A DNA stretch of 63,649 bases, counting the filler, from Stramenopiles sp. TOSAG23-2 (Eukaryota), in NCBI GenBank assembly GCA_900128395.1. It is 12 parts of 12 records of this genome, joined end to end, with 100 filler letters (N's around TTAATTAATTAA, not from the genome) between each part and the next. Parts side by side here need not be neighbours in the genome. Positions count along the whole stretch, not along the records: positions 19,842 to 26,341 come from LT650455.1; positions 26,442 to 32,935 come from LT650456.1; 10 more parts are not named here. The stretch is one strand, 5' to 3'. Under the pieces are notes generated by a model. That model did not search any database. It had not been told where the DNA came from and saw nothing but the letters and a program-made list of their open reading frames with translations. Shown here piece by piece: positions 23,201 through 33,035 of this stretch; the first letter of the stretch is position 1; every line of letters begins with the position of its first letter. The translations under genes and the position numbers were made by a program.

Positions 23201-25498
23201 CGACAACGAATGGGTTGTGAGGTACTTGGCTATTTTCTTACATGTTGCCGTTGTTGTTGATATGCCATCTGATCTTATTGCATTGCCTAAAGTACCGCAA
23301 TAAGCATCAATTGCTGGAGTGATGATCATTTGCCCATAACTTTCTGCAATGCACGTGTCATAGCTAGCATGATGACTGGTAGAACATTTTTTTACTTCGT
23401 CATTATGTTTTGTTTCAACATATGTAAGGATCCCTATTGCCGTCCTTAGTTGTTTTACATTACCATCCGTCTTTTTGTAATAATCTGAAAATACCGTATT
23501 TGCAATAGATTTAACGATTCCTTGTCCAATAAAATATGCATCTGGAATACATTTACCACCTAATGGTTTCATAGCTACAATATTAGCAAGCTCTGGATCT
23601 ACATTTGTCATTTGCCCAATCATTCGATCTAGATCATATTTTAATTTTAAATCCGCGCCTTTTGGACAATTTTCATCCAAACCTTTCCATAATTGTGCAG
23701 GGCCATTGTTTGCTATTTCACGTTTCTCCGCTGCCATGCGTACAAGTTTCGTCAATGAATCGCCAACAGTTTTTACATTAAACCAATGATCATCAGGAAA
23801 CTCAATGGAAGATACGATCGATGCGTGGTTGCATAATAAACTGCAAGTATATGGTTTCTCCCCACTTTTAAACGTTTCAAAGCACATTTCCTCTGAACAT
23901 TTATTCGAATCAAACGATATACCATTTCCATAGCGATCGATTAATTTGTATATAATGTCTTCCATTGTATACGAAACCTTTTTTCCAGTTCCAAAACTTT
24001 TCAAAAAGTTGTGATCACTAAATGCTTCTTTGCATAATTTTTTTCTCTCTGAGATAGATAATTCTTTTTTACCACCTGAAAGCAACGATAAACATGCTTC
24101 ATTGTTCAATGCTAACCGTTGCCTTAATGGCGAATTTGGATCCGCTTGATTTGCGTTGACATAATTAAATGCAAATAAAAGGAAATTTCCAATTTTCACA
24201 TCATCAGCTGCATTGTTCCGGTAATATTTGCACAATACTTGCTTATATGTAGCTTCACTTTTCTTTTTCACTCCTTTTAAAATCTTTTTCATGACGTATG
24301 CAGATGCTTTATCAAACGGTTGTTTAATTAGCTTGCTAATTTCTTTACCAAGCACGTTTGAAATCATACCACCAAGTCCACCAAGTGCTATGTTGGCAAT
24401 TGGACCTATTGCTTCTGGCAATATTCCTACTAGTTCCTTCGATGCCATTTTCAAAAATGGCTTAAAAACTTCATTTTTTAAGTGATCTTTCGTGAAAGGT
24501 TTCATATTCGTATCTGCATAATCTTGCACTGCTTTTGAAAACGCATCATGGCCGGTTCCTTGCGCATATGCTATTTCAGCAAGAGCTTCCGATATTTTAC
24601 CACCACCACCATCTAAACCTGCCGTACTTTGTTTAATTAATTTCTGTACGGTTTTCTTTGTAATTTTAACTGCAGAAAGACCTTTTTTTAAAACGACTGG
24701 AATAATTAATTTCACATCGCCACCACTTCTTGCTGCTATATCAAATATATTCGCATTTTTAATATTTCCTGACAGTGCCCCTTTTGCAGCTGCTTCACTT
24801 ATGAAATCGTAATTACTTGATAAACTACCATCTTGTTTCAAATCGACTTTGTCAAGACTATCTGCTTTTGACATAGTACTGTATAATTTCATTAATTTTG
24901 CCTGGCGAAATAGATTGGCACAAGAGAAACCATTTGGAGAAACTTGAACGTCAGCTAAAGCTGTAATTGCTCTTACTTGTGACTTTTCAGTACACGATTC
25001 TGTAGAAGCGGCAAGTGCCTTTTCACGCTCTTTAAGGATATAATCGCACATTTTTTCAGTGTTTGTCACTAATCGTTGCATCTTTTCAAATGCATCATTG
25101 GATGTTGCATCTTTTAATGCAGACTCTCCTACTAATGCTGTAATTTTAATAAGTTTTAAATTATTAGTTGTCTGTGTATATGTTTGAAGGGCCAATGCAC
25201 AGATAGCATCATTTTCTTTTTTTTCCCATTCTGCACTATCTTTCATTGCATTGTATGCTTTCATTGCAGCTTGTACAACTGTGCCGATAGCAACGAATGC
25301 GAGTTGCTTTGGATTTACTACAGCTTTTGCAACAGACATAGCTGCTTTTCCAAGGTCTGGCTTTGGTGGTGGTTTGTCTTCCTTTTTTTTTTCATTAGGA
25401 TTTCTTGGCACTTCTATACCAACTGCATAGTTACTAAATGAAAATGTAACTAGGAAGAAACAAAAAAGGGATAATTGGAAAAACACCAATTTATTCAT
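20243..25498 (-). CDS. Large (~1750 aa) secreted Cys-containing hypothetical protein
   Basis: Signal-peptide-like MNKLVFFQLSLFCFFLVTFSFSNYAVG from ATG 25498; uninterrupted 5.2-kb ORF; internal KPKLTRxGN repeats and paired Cys modules. Confidence 0.8.
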   Translation of the reverse strand: MNKLVFFQLSLFCFFLVTFSFSNYAVGIEVPRNPNEKKKEDKPPPKPDLGKAAMSVAKAVVNPKQLAFVAIGTVVQAAMKAYNAMKDSAEWEKKENDAICALALQTYTQTTNNLKLIKITALVGESALKDATSNDAFEKMQRLVTNTEKMCDYILKEREKALAASTESCTEKSQVRAITALADVQVSPNGFSCANLFRQAKLMKLYSTMSKADSLDKVDLKQDGSLSSNYDFISEAAAKGALSGNIKNANIFDIAARSGGDVKLIIPVVLKKGLSAVKITKKTVQKLIKQSTAGLDGGGGKISEALAEIAYAQGTGHDAFSKAVQDYADTNMKPFTKDHLKNEVFKPFLKMASKELVGILPEAIGPIANIALGGLGGMISNVLGKEISKLIKQPFDKASAYVMKKILKGVKKKSEATYKQVLCKYYRNNAADDVKIGNFLLFAFNYVNANQADPNSPLRQRLALNNEACLSLLSGGKKELSISERKKLCKEAFSDHNFLKSFGTGKKVSYTMEDIIYKLIDRYGNGISFDSNKCSEEMCFETFKSGEKPYTCSLLCNHASIVSSIEFPDDHWFNVKTVGDSLTKLVRMAAEKREIANNGPAQLWKGLDENCPKGADLKLKYDLDRMIGQMTNVDPELANIVAMKPLGGKCIPDAYFIGQGIVKSIANTVFSDYYKKTDGNVKQLRTAIGILTYVETKHNDEVKKCSTSHHASYDTCIAESYGQMIITPAIDAYCGTLGNAIRSDGISTTTATCKKIAKYLTTHSLSLPPGAEKFEHHFTHELGRFGWEILFAHYAFQTIPGAAAVIGDTPEARGNLRWLRETDDIPQKVLAQGLTSIAIRNAVKLIFQAARGEIFKLLTNLENVKEDEKYKELVKLLPDRSSIVDFTTELAEHDIPPHAFETFHDAPSAGKKGSIVKIVRACLKALSIERMMGSLANSWKKGDVNDPLSRSLGAVGLDCTYDDVGYIDMIANAVEGKERNAFELMKAMGISLFSKNKRAKIIEENNKDKKPDSKIGKVRSAYLFNVPGKVFAPFQTRLGGVANWFNFITQPTFGYLKSIFRRETYPGKQMPEEAYFTAEQFLQGCNAGKLNRIGNIKKMKPKLTRSGNVKVERGSDVYKQDEESNEESNKPKLTRMGNVKTVREVKPKLTRTGNIKTVREVKKPKLTRSGNIETVRGSDDSNEESSSSSSFLEMERARKLRKNRHHHHLNHHRKLRRYHLKEAGLMKFKALKGDEAGSSAHITDGDCSWDAKKARCHPRKHCSYQWEMGDMNLGTSCRAINKDIVMDDEPKSLVNQEGRPKSNAGCKYSYRFSKCIPQTFCEYQFKVGDMHLGQSCRLKDEVMQANNLELAKAKFGENERSPLKLLNCAARSILETKPTRGIDAYTLCSSGHWIIPEDHQPVGNQGKNAYKQCKPDGFRFDVSLLPEKKQDIVFTVPFLARENEAKAGEYDYITISKPHALLQDMELSNGFLPNSETKSLDNAICGMCQHAFNKKYIYNVKQERSGEQSYEANVKDCATVCKHYLPNREDRCMQKCNLFISAKQSENRNKYSDPTLFDLRTTICHPSTRSIDEDVIADLKKSNKQFLDCTNKGFTKRVAGMIQFDFKGSDRKLSDLLEEYRQAISAEFTKFKGKGVTSDPCDTDHLGFCPLGFDNAWPSSSTIGEESDANKEEASSSWADKIDIPKEKCTFNCLHKVGKKGKLKVCKELSNLKINCVSCGDEKCKAKSIEQCGDKPMCIAVDVEVTKTENI

Positions 25499-26201
25499 AA
25501 TGCTTTTTTTATACAAATATGAATAATGGTTATATATATATATTATACTTGGTCTTGTATTTGTATGTGTCAACAGTGTATTGTATGTGTTTTCGATGTG
25601 TATATTTATTATCTTGTATTTACGTGTATCGTGTGTATCCTCTCTCTATTTCCCCCTTCTTTTATATAAGAAGTAGAAAAATCGACCGTATTCGCTTCCT
25701 CAAAACAGTTGGTAATATGGCTATATTATAGCGCTGATATCTGCGTAAAATAATCATAACATCACATGACGACATGCCGACAATGACGACATTATTATAC
25801 ACAGTACTGTACACTGTAGACACTTTAGCACTTTAGTCTAGATCTACGACACTTTACGACACTTCCGGATTGGCAAAGGAAAAGGCTGTTGGCAGCTGTT
25901 GTGCTGTTGTCTCTCCACACAGAGCTTGTGTCAGCGTGGACCTTGTGATGTGACGGCTGGCTGGGCTGGCAGCACACATTTTGAATTAGTGTGGAATACC
26001 ATTAGCTTTTTTCGGTTAGGTGCTGAAAAACCATATAGGAAGTTTTTAGTACCTCAATCGTATACTAATATATGTATATATAAAAATATTTAAAAATATT
26101 TGAAATGTGCAAATTACAACCCAAAAATGAAAATTACAAGTAGTATAGATAGAAGATGAAACATAACAAAAACAAGATAGTAAGAACGATAACAATCAAA
26201 C

Positions 26202-26341
26202 ATGAATGACGCTACGAATCGATTTTTAAATGCGAATGCGGTTGCAAATGGCAAACCGTTGCAAGTGCATACACCGAAAGATAAATTAACGTTAAGTGAT
26301 TTAGATGCAAGATTAAAACGTAATAATAGTAGTAGTAATGA
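26202..26341 (+). CDS. 5' fragment of a hypothetical gene truncated by contig end
   Basis: ATG after an A-rich leader; ORF runs into the linker. Confidence 0.35.
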
Positions 26342-27089
26342 NNNNNNNNNNNNNNNNNNNNNNNNNNNNNNNNNNNNNNNNNNNNTTAATTAATTAANNN
26401 NNNNNNNNNNNNNNNNNNNNNNNNNNNNNNNNNNNNNNNNNTTTTTACAAAAAGGAGTTTTTACTTTACACCCATTTTCCCAAATTTTCTTGTAATAATA
26501 GATATGATTTACTTTCCTCTCAATTTCCTACTTCTGGTTATGTTTTTATATCAGCAACATCGATTTGTTATGTCTTTAATTTTTTATTTGTTCACATTAA
26601 TTTCATTAATATTTATTTTCAATGCTAAGCAGTTTTGTTTTTTATTTTTTTTATTTTGGATCGTAGGACATAAAATCTGCATCGTATCGCCCCCCACTTT
26701 TTTTTGTACTATCTATCTATAGTGATGGAAAAGGTTCCTCGCGTTGTATCCTATGATGTGTGGTGTTATTATTTATAATATAGACACAGCATTACTAAAA
26801 CAGACGATGAAGATTTTGATTTTGTGTTCCTATATAAAAAAAGGCCATCACATGATGTGGCAATATAATAATCATGAGCGGATCTGCAGCTGCAGTTGCT
26901 CTGTCCAATGCCTTTGATAGATATATATATGTTAAATATATATATTCCTGGTATATGCAATAATAGAAACAAGAAAGAAAACATATCAATAAAACCAACA
27001 CCTTCCTGCAATTACCAAAAAAAAAACAATAGTAGTTATACGTATATATATGTAAAAGAATAAACAGAACGACAAGAACAATCAACATC

Positions 27090-29120
27090 ATGGCAAATAC
27101 ACCAGATGCACCAACAACGGCATCTCAATATTTAGATATTAACCGTGAAAGAGAAAATGCAACGTTTAATGTAAGAAAAATGACAGAGTTGCTATATTCC
27201 AAATATCAATTGGATACTGCAGAACGTATGAGGAAAATCGTGAACGACGATTTTGAATTTCAAGATTGTTTAAAAGACAGGTATTTTAGAACAGATCGCA
27301 TTGAAATCATGAAAAATAATTTGAGAAAATTAAAACGTGTCTTGCAAATTACAAAGGAAATGGGTTTAAATACAGTTGAATCTTGGGCTTTGCGTGCGGA
27401 GCTTGATATTGGTGGTATTGGATTGCATGATGGTGTTTTTTTACCAAATATAATGGGCATGTCGACACCAGAGCAATACGCAGCATGGGTAGAAAAAGCA
27501 CAAAATTATGAAACGATTGGTTGCTATGCACAAACGGAGATGGGACATGGATCCAATGTTCGTGGTTTAATGACAACTGCAACATTTGATGAAGAAACGG
27601 ATGAGTTTATTATCAATACTCCTTGTTTAGAAGCAACAAAATGGTGGCCTGGTGGAATGGGCTTATTGGCTAATGTTGCCGTTTTATATGCACGTCTTAT
27701 TGTTAAAGGAAATGATTTAGGTGTTCAAAATTTCTACGTCCCTATACGCGATTTTAAAACACATGAACCTTTGCCAGGAGTCACCGTTGGTGATATTGGA
27801 CCAAAATGGGCAACAAATAATAATGACAATGGATACTTGCAATTTGATCATGTACGTATTCCTCGATTTAATATGTTGATGAAACATGCAAAGTTAGATC
27901 GACAAGGTAATTATACGAAACCAGAAAGAGCACGAGCAAATTATGCTACCATGACACGTGTTCGATCAAATATTGTCAGTGGTTCTAGTCAATCTGTTGC
28001 AAAAGCGGCTACGATTACGGTACGTTACAGTGCCGTGCGTCGCCAAGCACCTGGTGCATCGTCCCAAGCATCGGAAACACAAGTATTGGATTATGTATCA
28101 CAACAATGGAGGATCCTTCCAACGATTGCTGATTCGTATGCCTTGTTTTTTACTGGAAAATACATGATTCAATTATTAGATCAATCATTGAAAATTGAGG
28201 AAGAAGGTGGTGAAGGTGGTGCTGAATTAGGTGCAGAATTACATGCTGCTAGTTGTTCATTGAAATCATTATGTACAACAATTGCTGCAGATGGAATTGA
28301 AGAATGCAGACGATCATGCGGTGGATATGGATTCCAAATGGCTTCTGGCTTACCAACTCTTTATGCATCCTACATGCAAAGTTTTACTCCTGAAGGTGAT
28401 AATTATTTGTTAACACAGCAAACATCAAAATATTTAATGCGAGCTTTCCGATTGCCAGACGGTTCAAGTATTAGCAATGAAACGTCTGCATCATATTTAA
28501 AAGCAAATGCAAAGGAAAGAGGTATTGCATTATCAACTACTAGTAGTCATGGCGATGACTCACACGATTCCCATTTGTGGAGTTTATCCATGATGGATAA
28601 TTTGTTACGTGGTTACCAAAATCGTGCTATATATTTAGTGGAAATCACTGCTGATTCCATATCTAGTGGAAATTCGTTTACATCCGAACTTGTTGAACAT
28701 TATCGAATGTCACGTGCACATGGAATGGTTATAATAATGGAAGCATTTAAAAATGGAATTGCTACTTGCGAAGATCCAAGTTTGAAACAAGCATTAGGTA
28801 AATTATATGCATTATTTGCATTTAGTCATATGGAAAAAGATTTAGGTGAATTTGTTGAATGCGGTTTTGTTTTACCTACGCAAATTAATTACGTAAGGCG
28901 TGCTGTTCGACAATTATGTGCTGCTGTGAGACCTGATGCAGTAGCTTTAGTTGATGCATTTGATTTTTCAGATACACAATTAGGTAGTGCAATTGGTAAA
29001 TATGACGGGAATGTTTACCCAGCATTGTTTGAACAAGCAAAGAGAAATCCATTAAATCAAAAAGGTGTTGATTGGGGATATCAACAATTTTTAAAACCAA
29101 TCATTCAAAATAAATTGTGA
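27090..29120 (+). CDS. ACOX1: Peroxisomal acyl-CoA oxidase
   Basis: IGCYAQTEMGHGSNVRGL, ATKWWPGG, GDIGPK, RYSAVRRQ, CRRSCGGYG, TPEGDN, RPDAVALVDAFDF; C-terminal PTS1-like NKL. Confidence 0.95.
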   Translation: MANTPDAPTTASQYLDINRERENATFNVRKMTELLYSKYQLDTAERMRKIVNDDFEFQDCLKDRYFRTDRIEIMKNNLRKLKRVLQITKEMGLNTVESWALRAELDIGGIGLHDGVFLPNIMGMSTPEQYAAWVEKAQNYETIGCYAQTEMGHGSNVRGLMTTATFDEETDEFIINTPCLEATKWWPGGMGLLANVAVLYARLIVKGNDLGVQNFYVPIRDFKTHEPLPGVTVGDIGPKWATNNNDNGYLQFDHVRIPRFNMLMKHAKLDRQGNYTKPERARANYATMTRVRSNIVSGSSQSVAKAATITVRYSAVRRQAPGASSQASETQVLDYVSQQWRILPTIADSYALFFTGKYMIQLLDQSLKIEEEGGEGGAELGAELHAASCSLKSLCTTIAADGIEECRRSCGGYGFQMASGLPTLYASYMQSFTPEGDNYLLTQQTSKYLMRAFRLPDGSSISNETSASYLKANAKERGIALSTTSSHGDDSHDSHLWSLSMMDNLLRGYQNRAIYLVEITADSISSGNSFTSELVEHYRMSRAHGMVIIMEAFKNGIATCEDPSLKQALGKLYALFAFSHMEKDLGEFVECGFVLPTQINYVRRAVRQLCAAVRPDAVALVDAFDFSDTQLGSAIGKYDGNVYPALFEQAKRNPLNQKGVDWGYQQFLKPIIQNKL

Positions 29121-29493
29121 GTGTGTGATATATTAATTTTTAAAAAATTACGGACCCGGACTTCGGTACGAAGCGTTCGTATTTCTTTTTTTTTATTTAG
29201 AAAAAAACGCGTTCGTATATTATGTACGAACGAAGTATGATATATGCATATATCATATTATATATAATATACGAGAATATATTTTAAATTTTTTTAGTAA
29301 AGTACCCGCACTACTATAATTATAATGACGCGCGTGTAATATTTTTTTAAAAAAATATTGAGATATCATACGAATTCGTATACGAGGTCGTGTATTCTAG
29401 ATATTCGTATGATAGAAAAAGAATTGATTTTTTGTGTGATGTGTTGTATATTCTTTTTTACATGTCTCTCGGTATTTTTTAATAGATGAACCC

Positions 29494-30981
29494 TCATATT
29501 TCTTTACCACCTTTTGAACGAATTAAATTAATAATATTTTGTTTTATTGAACTACCAAGGGTGGAAAGAAGTGGAAAGGATCCTATTATGCCCAAGGGAG
29601 TCTGCTCGTTTTTGTCCTTATGGTTAATACTAATAATCGTCATATGGTCTAATAATAGTTGAACCACACCAAGAGTATTCTTGTTGTAAATGCGCAACCA
29701 GTCCCTACTCCATGCACGATTTGTTAGTGCAAAATGCAGTGCATTCCATTTATGATGAGTCTCTATTTTGTTAGCATTAGCTTCACATTGTTCAATTAAA
29801 TATTGAACAATGTTCAAATGGTCGTTCAATGCAGCTATCATTAAAGGCCTAACATACATACCATTATCATTTCTACCGAGTTTATTAGCCATTTTTGTTA
29901 CCTTTTTTTTCAATATCTTACCATTACTGTCACTCACATCACCGCTTGTAATAAGTAATTTCACATCTTCAAAACGTCCTTGTTCGCATGCGCATACCAA
30001 AGGTGTGCCTTTTGGAAATTCCGTCCTATACGCTTTATCTAAATCTCCGCCATTTTTTAATAGATATAACTTAATTTCTTCATGGGCATTACCAATTGCT
30101 GCAGACAATGCGGTACATTTACTATAACCGTTCCTACTTCTACCGACTTGATTCACCATTTCTTTCAATGTCATACCAGATGCATTCGCATCATGGCCTG
30201 TAATCAATAATTTCACATCCTCGAAACGTCCTTCTTCACATGCACATATTAATGGTGTCATATTGGGACCAATTGTGGCTGCACCATGTGTTCCTGCAAT
30301 TGTTGTTGCATACTCTAAAACGCCCAAAGTGCTGTAGCGTGTTGGTTTTGGTCTATTAATTAATTCCTGCATTGCTGCATTAATTACAGCTGCAAGTTGA
30401 TGTGGTTGATTTCGATTATTACCGTGTTCAGCAACTATCGTTTTCTTCAACAACTCTTTGTATAGATCTTTGTGTTGATTAAATTGTTCTTGAGTCATAC
30501 CTGGATTTCGAAATAGATTTCTATCATCAACTTTATCAACTTTCCTTACTTTTGCATTGCTGAAGCATTCAGCGTTTTTAACTTCATCTTCTGCTTTTCG
30601 TTTGCCAGGTTTCAATTGTATGTTTTGTCTTTTCATAATATCAATATTTGTTTGTTGCTCTTCCACTGTCTGTCTAAATGATGGGCCTAACACCACATTC
30701 ATTGGCAAGGCTCGATTTTGTATGTGTCGGTGACTATTGTATGTTGCTCCTCCTCCGAGGCGACGCAATATGTTGTCTCTTTCTGCCTTGTAACGTTTCA
30801 CTGCAGCGGCGTGGGTTTTTGTTCTTCTGTCTTCATATGCATCTTCTGCTTGGTCAAGTTTTTCTTCTACATTTTGCAACTCTCTCATTATGTGTGCATC
30901 TTGTTCTTCTTGTAATTCTTTTGCTACGACAGACATAATACGACTTCGTATGATCTTCCGAATGTGGTTCGTATTATGCAT
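29494..30981 (-). CDS. Ankyrin-repeat protein with N-terminal helical region
   Basis: TPLICACEEG, TPLVCACEQG, PLMIAA, NALHFA; same ankyrin subfamily as the ORF at 1-3045. Confidence 0.85.
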   Translation of the reverse strand: MHNTNHIRKIIRSRIMSVVAKELQEEQDAHIMRELQNVEEKLDQAEDAYEDRRTKTHAAAVKRYKAERDNILRRLGGGATYNSHRHIQNRALPMNVVLGPSFRQTVEEQQTNIDIMKRQNIQLKPGKRKAEDEVKNAECFSNAKVRKVDKVDDRNLFRNPGMTQEQFNQHKDLYKELLKKTIVAEHGNNRNQPHQLAAVINAAMQELINRPKPTRYSTLGVLEYATTIAGTHGAATIGPNMTPLICACEEGRFEDVKLLITGHDANASGMTLKEMVNQVGRSRNGYSKCTALSAAIGNAHEEIKLYLLKNGGDLDKAYRTEFPKGTPLVCACEQGRFEDVKLLITSGDVSDSNGKILKKKVTKMANKLGRNDNGMYVRPLMIAALNDHLNIVQYLIEQCEANANKIETHHKWNALHFALTNRAWSRDWLRIYNKNTLGVVQLLLDHMTIISINHKDKNEQTPLGIIGSFPLLSTLGSSIKQNIINLIRSKGGKEI

Positions 30982-31029
30982 ACACTTTTTTCATTTACAT
31001 AAAATTCTTTTTTTTTTTTTTTCATTTGT

Positions 31030-32745
31030 TTATTTTTCCTCTTCTTTTGTTGTTGTAGTTGTGGTTGTGGTAGTAGTAGTAGTTAGTTCTACATCATTTG
31101 TTGTTGTTGTTGTATTGATTTCTTCTTCCGTTTTATCATCAATAACAACACTAACATCTACTGCTGTTAAAGCATTATCAACCTTAGGTTTCGTTGTTGT
31201 TTCTTCTACTATTTCTTTATCCTTCACATCACCTTCTTCCATTGTTTTCATACTATTTTTACGTAATTTCAATAATGCTGACAACCGATGTTTTGCTACT
31301 AATGTATGTACTACACTTTTGAATTTATGATTTTTTGGCAAATGTATTTTCGTTTTTAAATCTGCATTCATGACGCAATGGGATGTCATTAAACCACCAC
31401 CAAAGCCAATCATAATATGATTGTTTTTCTTACTACTTAATAACTTTGAATGCCTTGCATTTGATGCTGAAATCATACTTCTATGACTATGGGTAAGACC
31501 TTCATTTGCTGGATGATGTTTATCTTTTGGATGTGCGACAAACATCATTGAAAGTGCTTTACTACCGAGTGTCGTTCTTTCCTGTGCATGTTCAGTCAAT
31601 TTACGTATAACTTTCACCTCCGCATTTTTATCCTTATCGCTGCTAACTGTAGAGATACCTTCAGCAGCATGAGTTTCCTCATCTATCACTTCTTCATCAC
31701 CACCTTTTTTTGTTGCTAATATTGTAAGTGCCGCAAAGATAAACAAAAATCCAATACAAAACATAACCCAACCAAGCGTGCTCATCAATTTATATTCTTG
31801 ATAAAAGACCATTCCAACACATGTGCCCATGACAATATAAAGCACGGTGTACGTTGGTACAAATAATAATGCAGGAAATTTTGCTAAACCACGGTTTAAA
31901 TATCCAAGTTGGGTTCCAGCTAATGATGCCATGGCAATGATAAATACATATACTAAATAATCGGCAAATACAGCTGCATCGCCTGCAAAGGCACTACCAA
32001 AACATGTGCCTACACCTTTTAAAAACATATTTTGTTGCCCACCAAGAAAGCCAGCAATATATCCGTAAAATAAAAAATGATATTTCTTAAATTTTTCCAT
32101 TTTGGTGCCAACTACACAACCAATAAACATTGAAATGGTTAATATCTCAAATATAATAAAAGCAGGTGCGCTAAAAAAGACACCAAACTCCTCTTTCGTT
32201 TGTTCATATGTCATTGGTATACTATTTCCACATTCGTCTATGTTTTTTGGTGCTGTCGTATCTGTTCCACCAAATGGACCACCAGGGCCAAACAAAGTTG
32301 TACATAATGCACCTATTGTAATTATAATTGCAGCAGACGTGTCTCTAACTTTATCAAAATGTTCATGCAACATCGCTGGTGCAGCCATTTGATTTTCTGC
32401 TACTTCTAACGATGCTAATAAAGGAACAACCATCGCTTGCCCTAACGTTGCCATAGAAAATAAGTCTAACGCAAAAGATAATAATGTTATATTAACAAAA
32501 CCAGCTAACCATATTAAAGTTGTACGTTTATGAAATGCTTTAACTTCTTCTTCATCTTTTGATATATCTTCATCATCTACCATCATACGTTCCTGTGCTA
32601 TTTTTTGAAAGAATAATCCAAATGTTGTTGTTAACGAGGAAATAACTACGCAAATAATAGCAACTACTACCATTCCAGCACCAGAATCTTCATTATTTTC
32701 CGTAGTAGCTGCATTTGCACATGCTACATTAGTTGTATTTGTCAT
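31030..32745 (-). CDS. NIPA-family (DMT superfamily) Mg2+ transporter-like membrane protein
   Basis: About 9 TM segments; GLFFQK, WLAG, QAMVVPL, QLGYLNRGL..F..LLFVPTYTVLYI..GMVFYQEY. Confidence 0.8.
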   Translation of the reverse strand: MTNTTNVACANAATTENNEDSGAGMVVVAIICVVISSLTTTFGLFFQKIAQERMMVDDEDISKDEEEVKAFHKRTTLIWLAGFVNITLLSFALDLFSMATLGQAMVVPLLASLEVAENQMAAPAMLHEHFDKVRDTSAAIIITIGALCTTLFGPGGPFGGTDTTAPKNIDECGNSIPMTYEQTKEEFGVFFSAPAFIIFEILTISMFIGCVVGTKMEKFKKYHFLFYGYIAGFLGGQQNMFLKGVGTCFGSAFAGDAAVFADYLVYVFIIAMASLAGTQLGYLNRGLAKFPALLFVPTYTVLYIVMGTCVGMVFYQEYKLMSTLGWVMFCIGFLFIFAALTILATKKGGDEEVIDEETHAAEGISTVSSDKDKNAEVKVIRKLTEHAQERTTLGSKALSMMFVAHPKDKHHPANEGLTHSHRSMISASNARHSKLLSSKKNNHIMIGFGGGLMTSHCVMNADLKTKIHLPKNHKFKSVVHTLVAKHRLSALLKLRKNSMKTMEEGDVKDKEIVEETTTKPKVDNALTAVDVSVVIDDKTEEEINTTTTTNDVELTTTTTTTTTTTTKEEEK

Positions 32746-33035
32746 CGTGTATCTACTTAATAATATATATATCAATATAACAATTAATGTACCAATCTAA
32801 AATAGTTTATATGTGATAAATAAATAAAATAAATGCACAAATTTACTCCTTGGTTATATATTACTATTGAACTACTATTCTCTCTTTACCAAAGCATTCA
32901 TAAACAACATCGTCATAATATTTTTATAAACGAAANNNNNNNNNNNNNNNNNNNNNNNNNNNNNNNNNNNNNNNNNNNNTTAATTAATTAANNNNNNNNN
33001 NNNNNNNNNNNNNNNNNNNNNNNNNNNNNNNNNNN

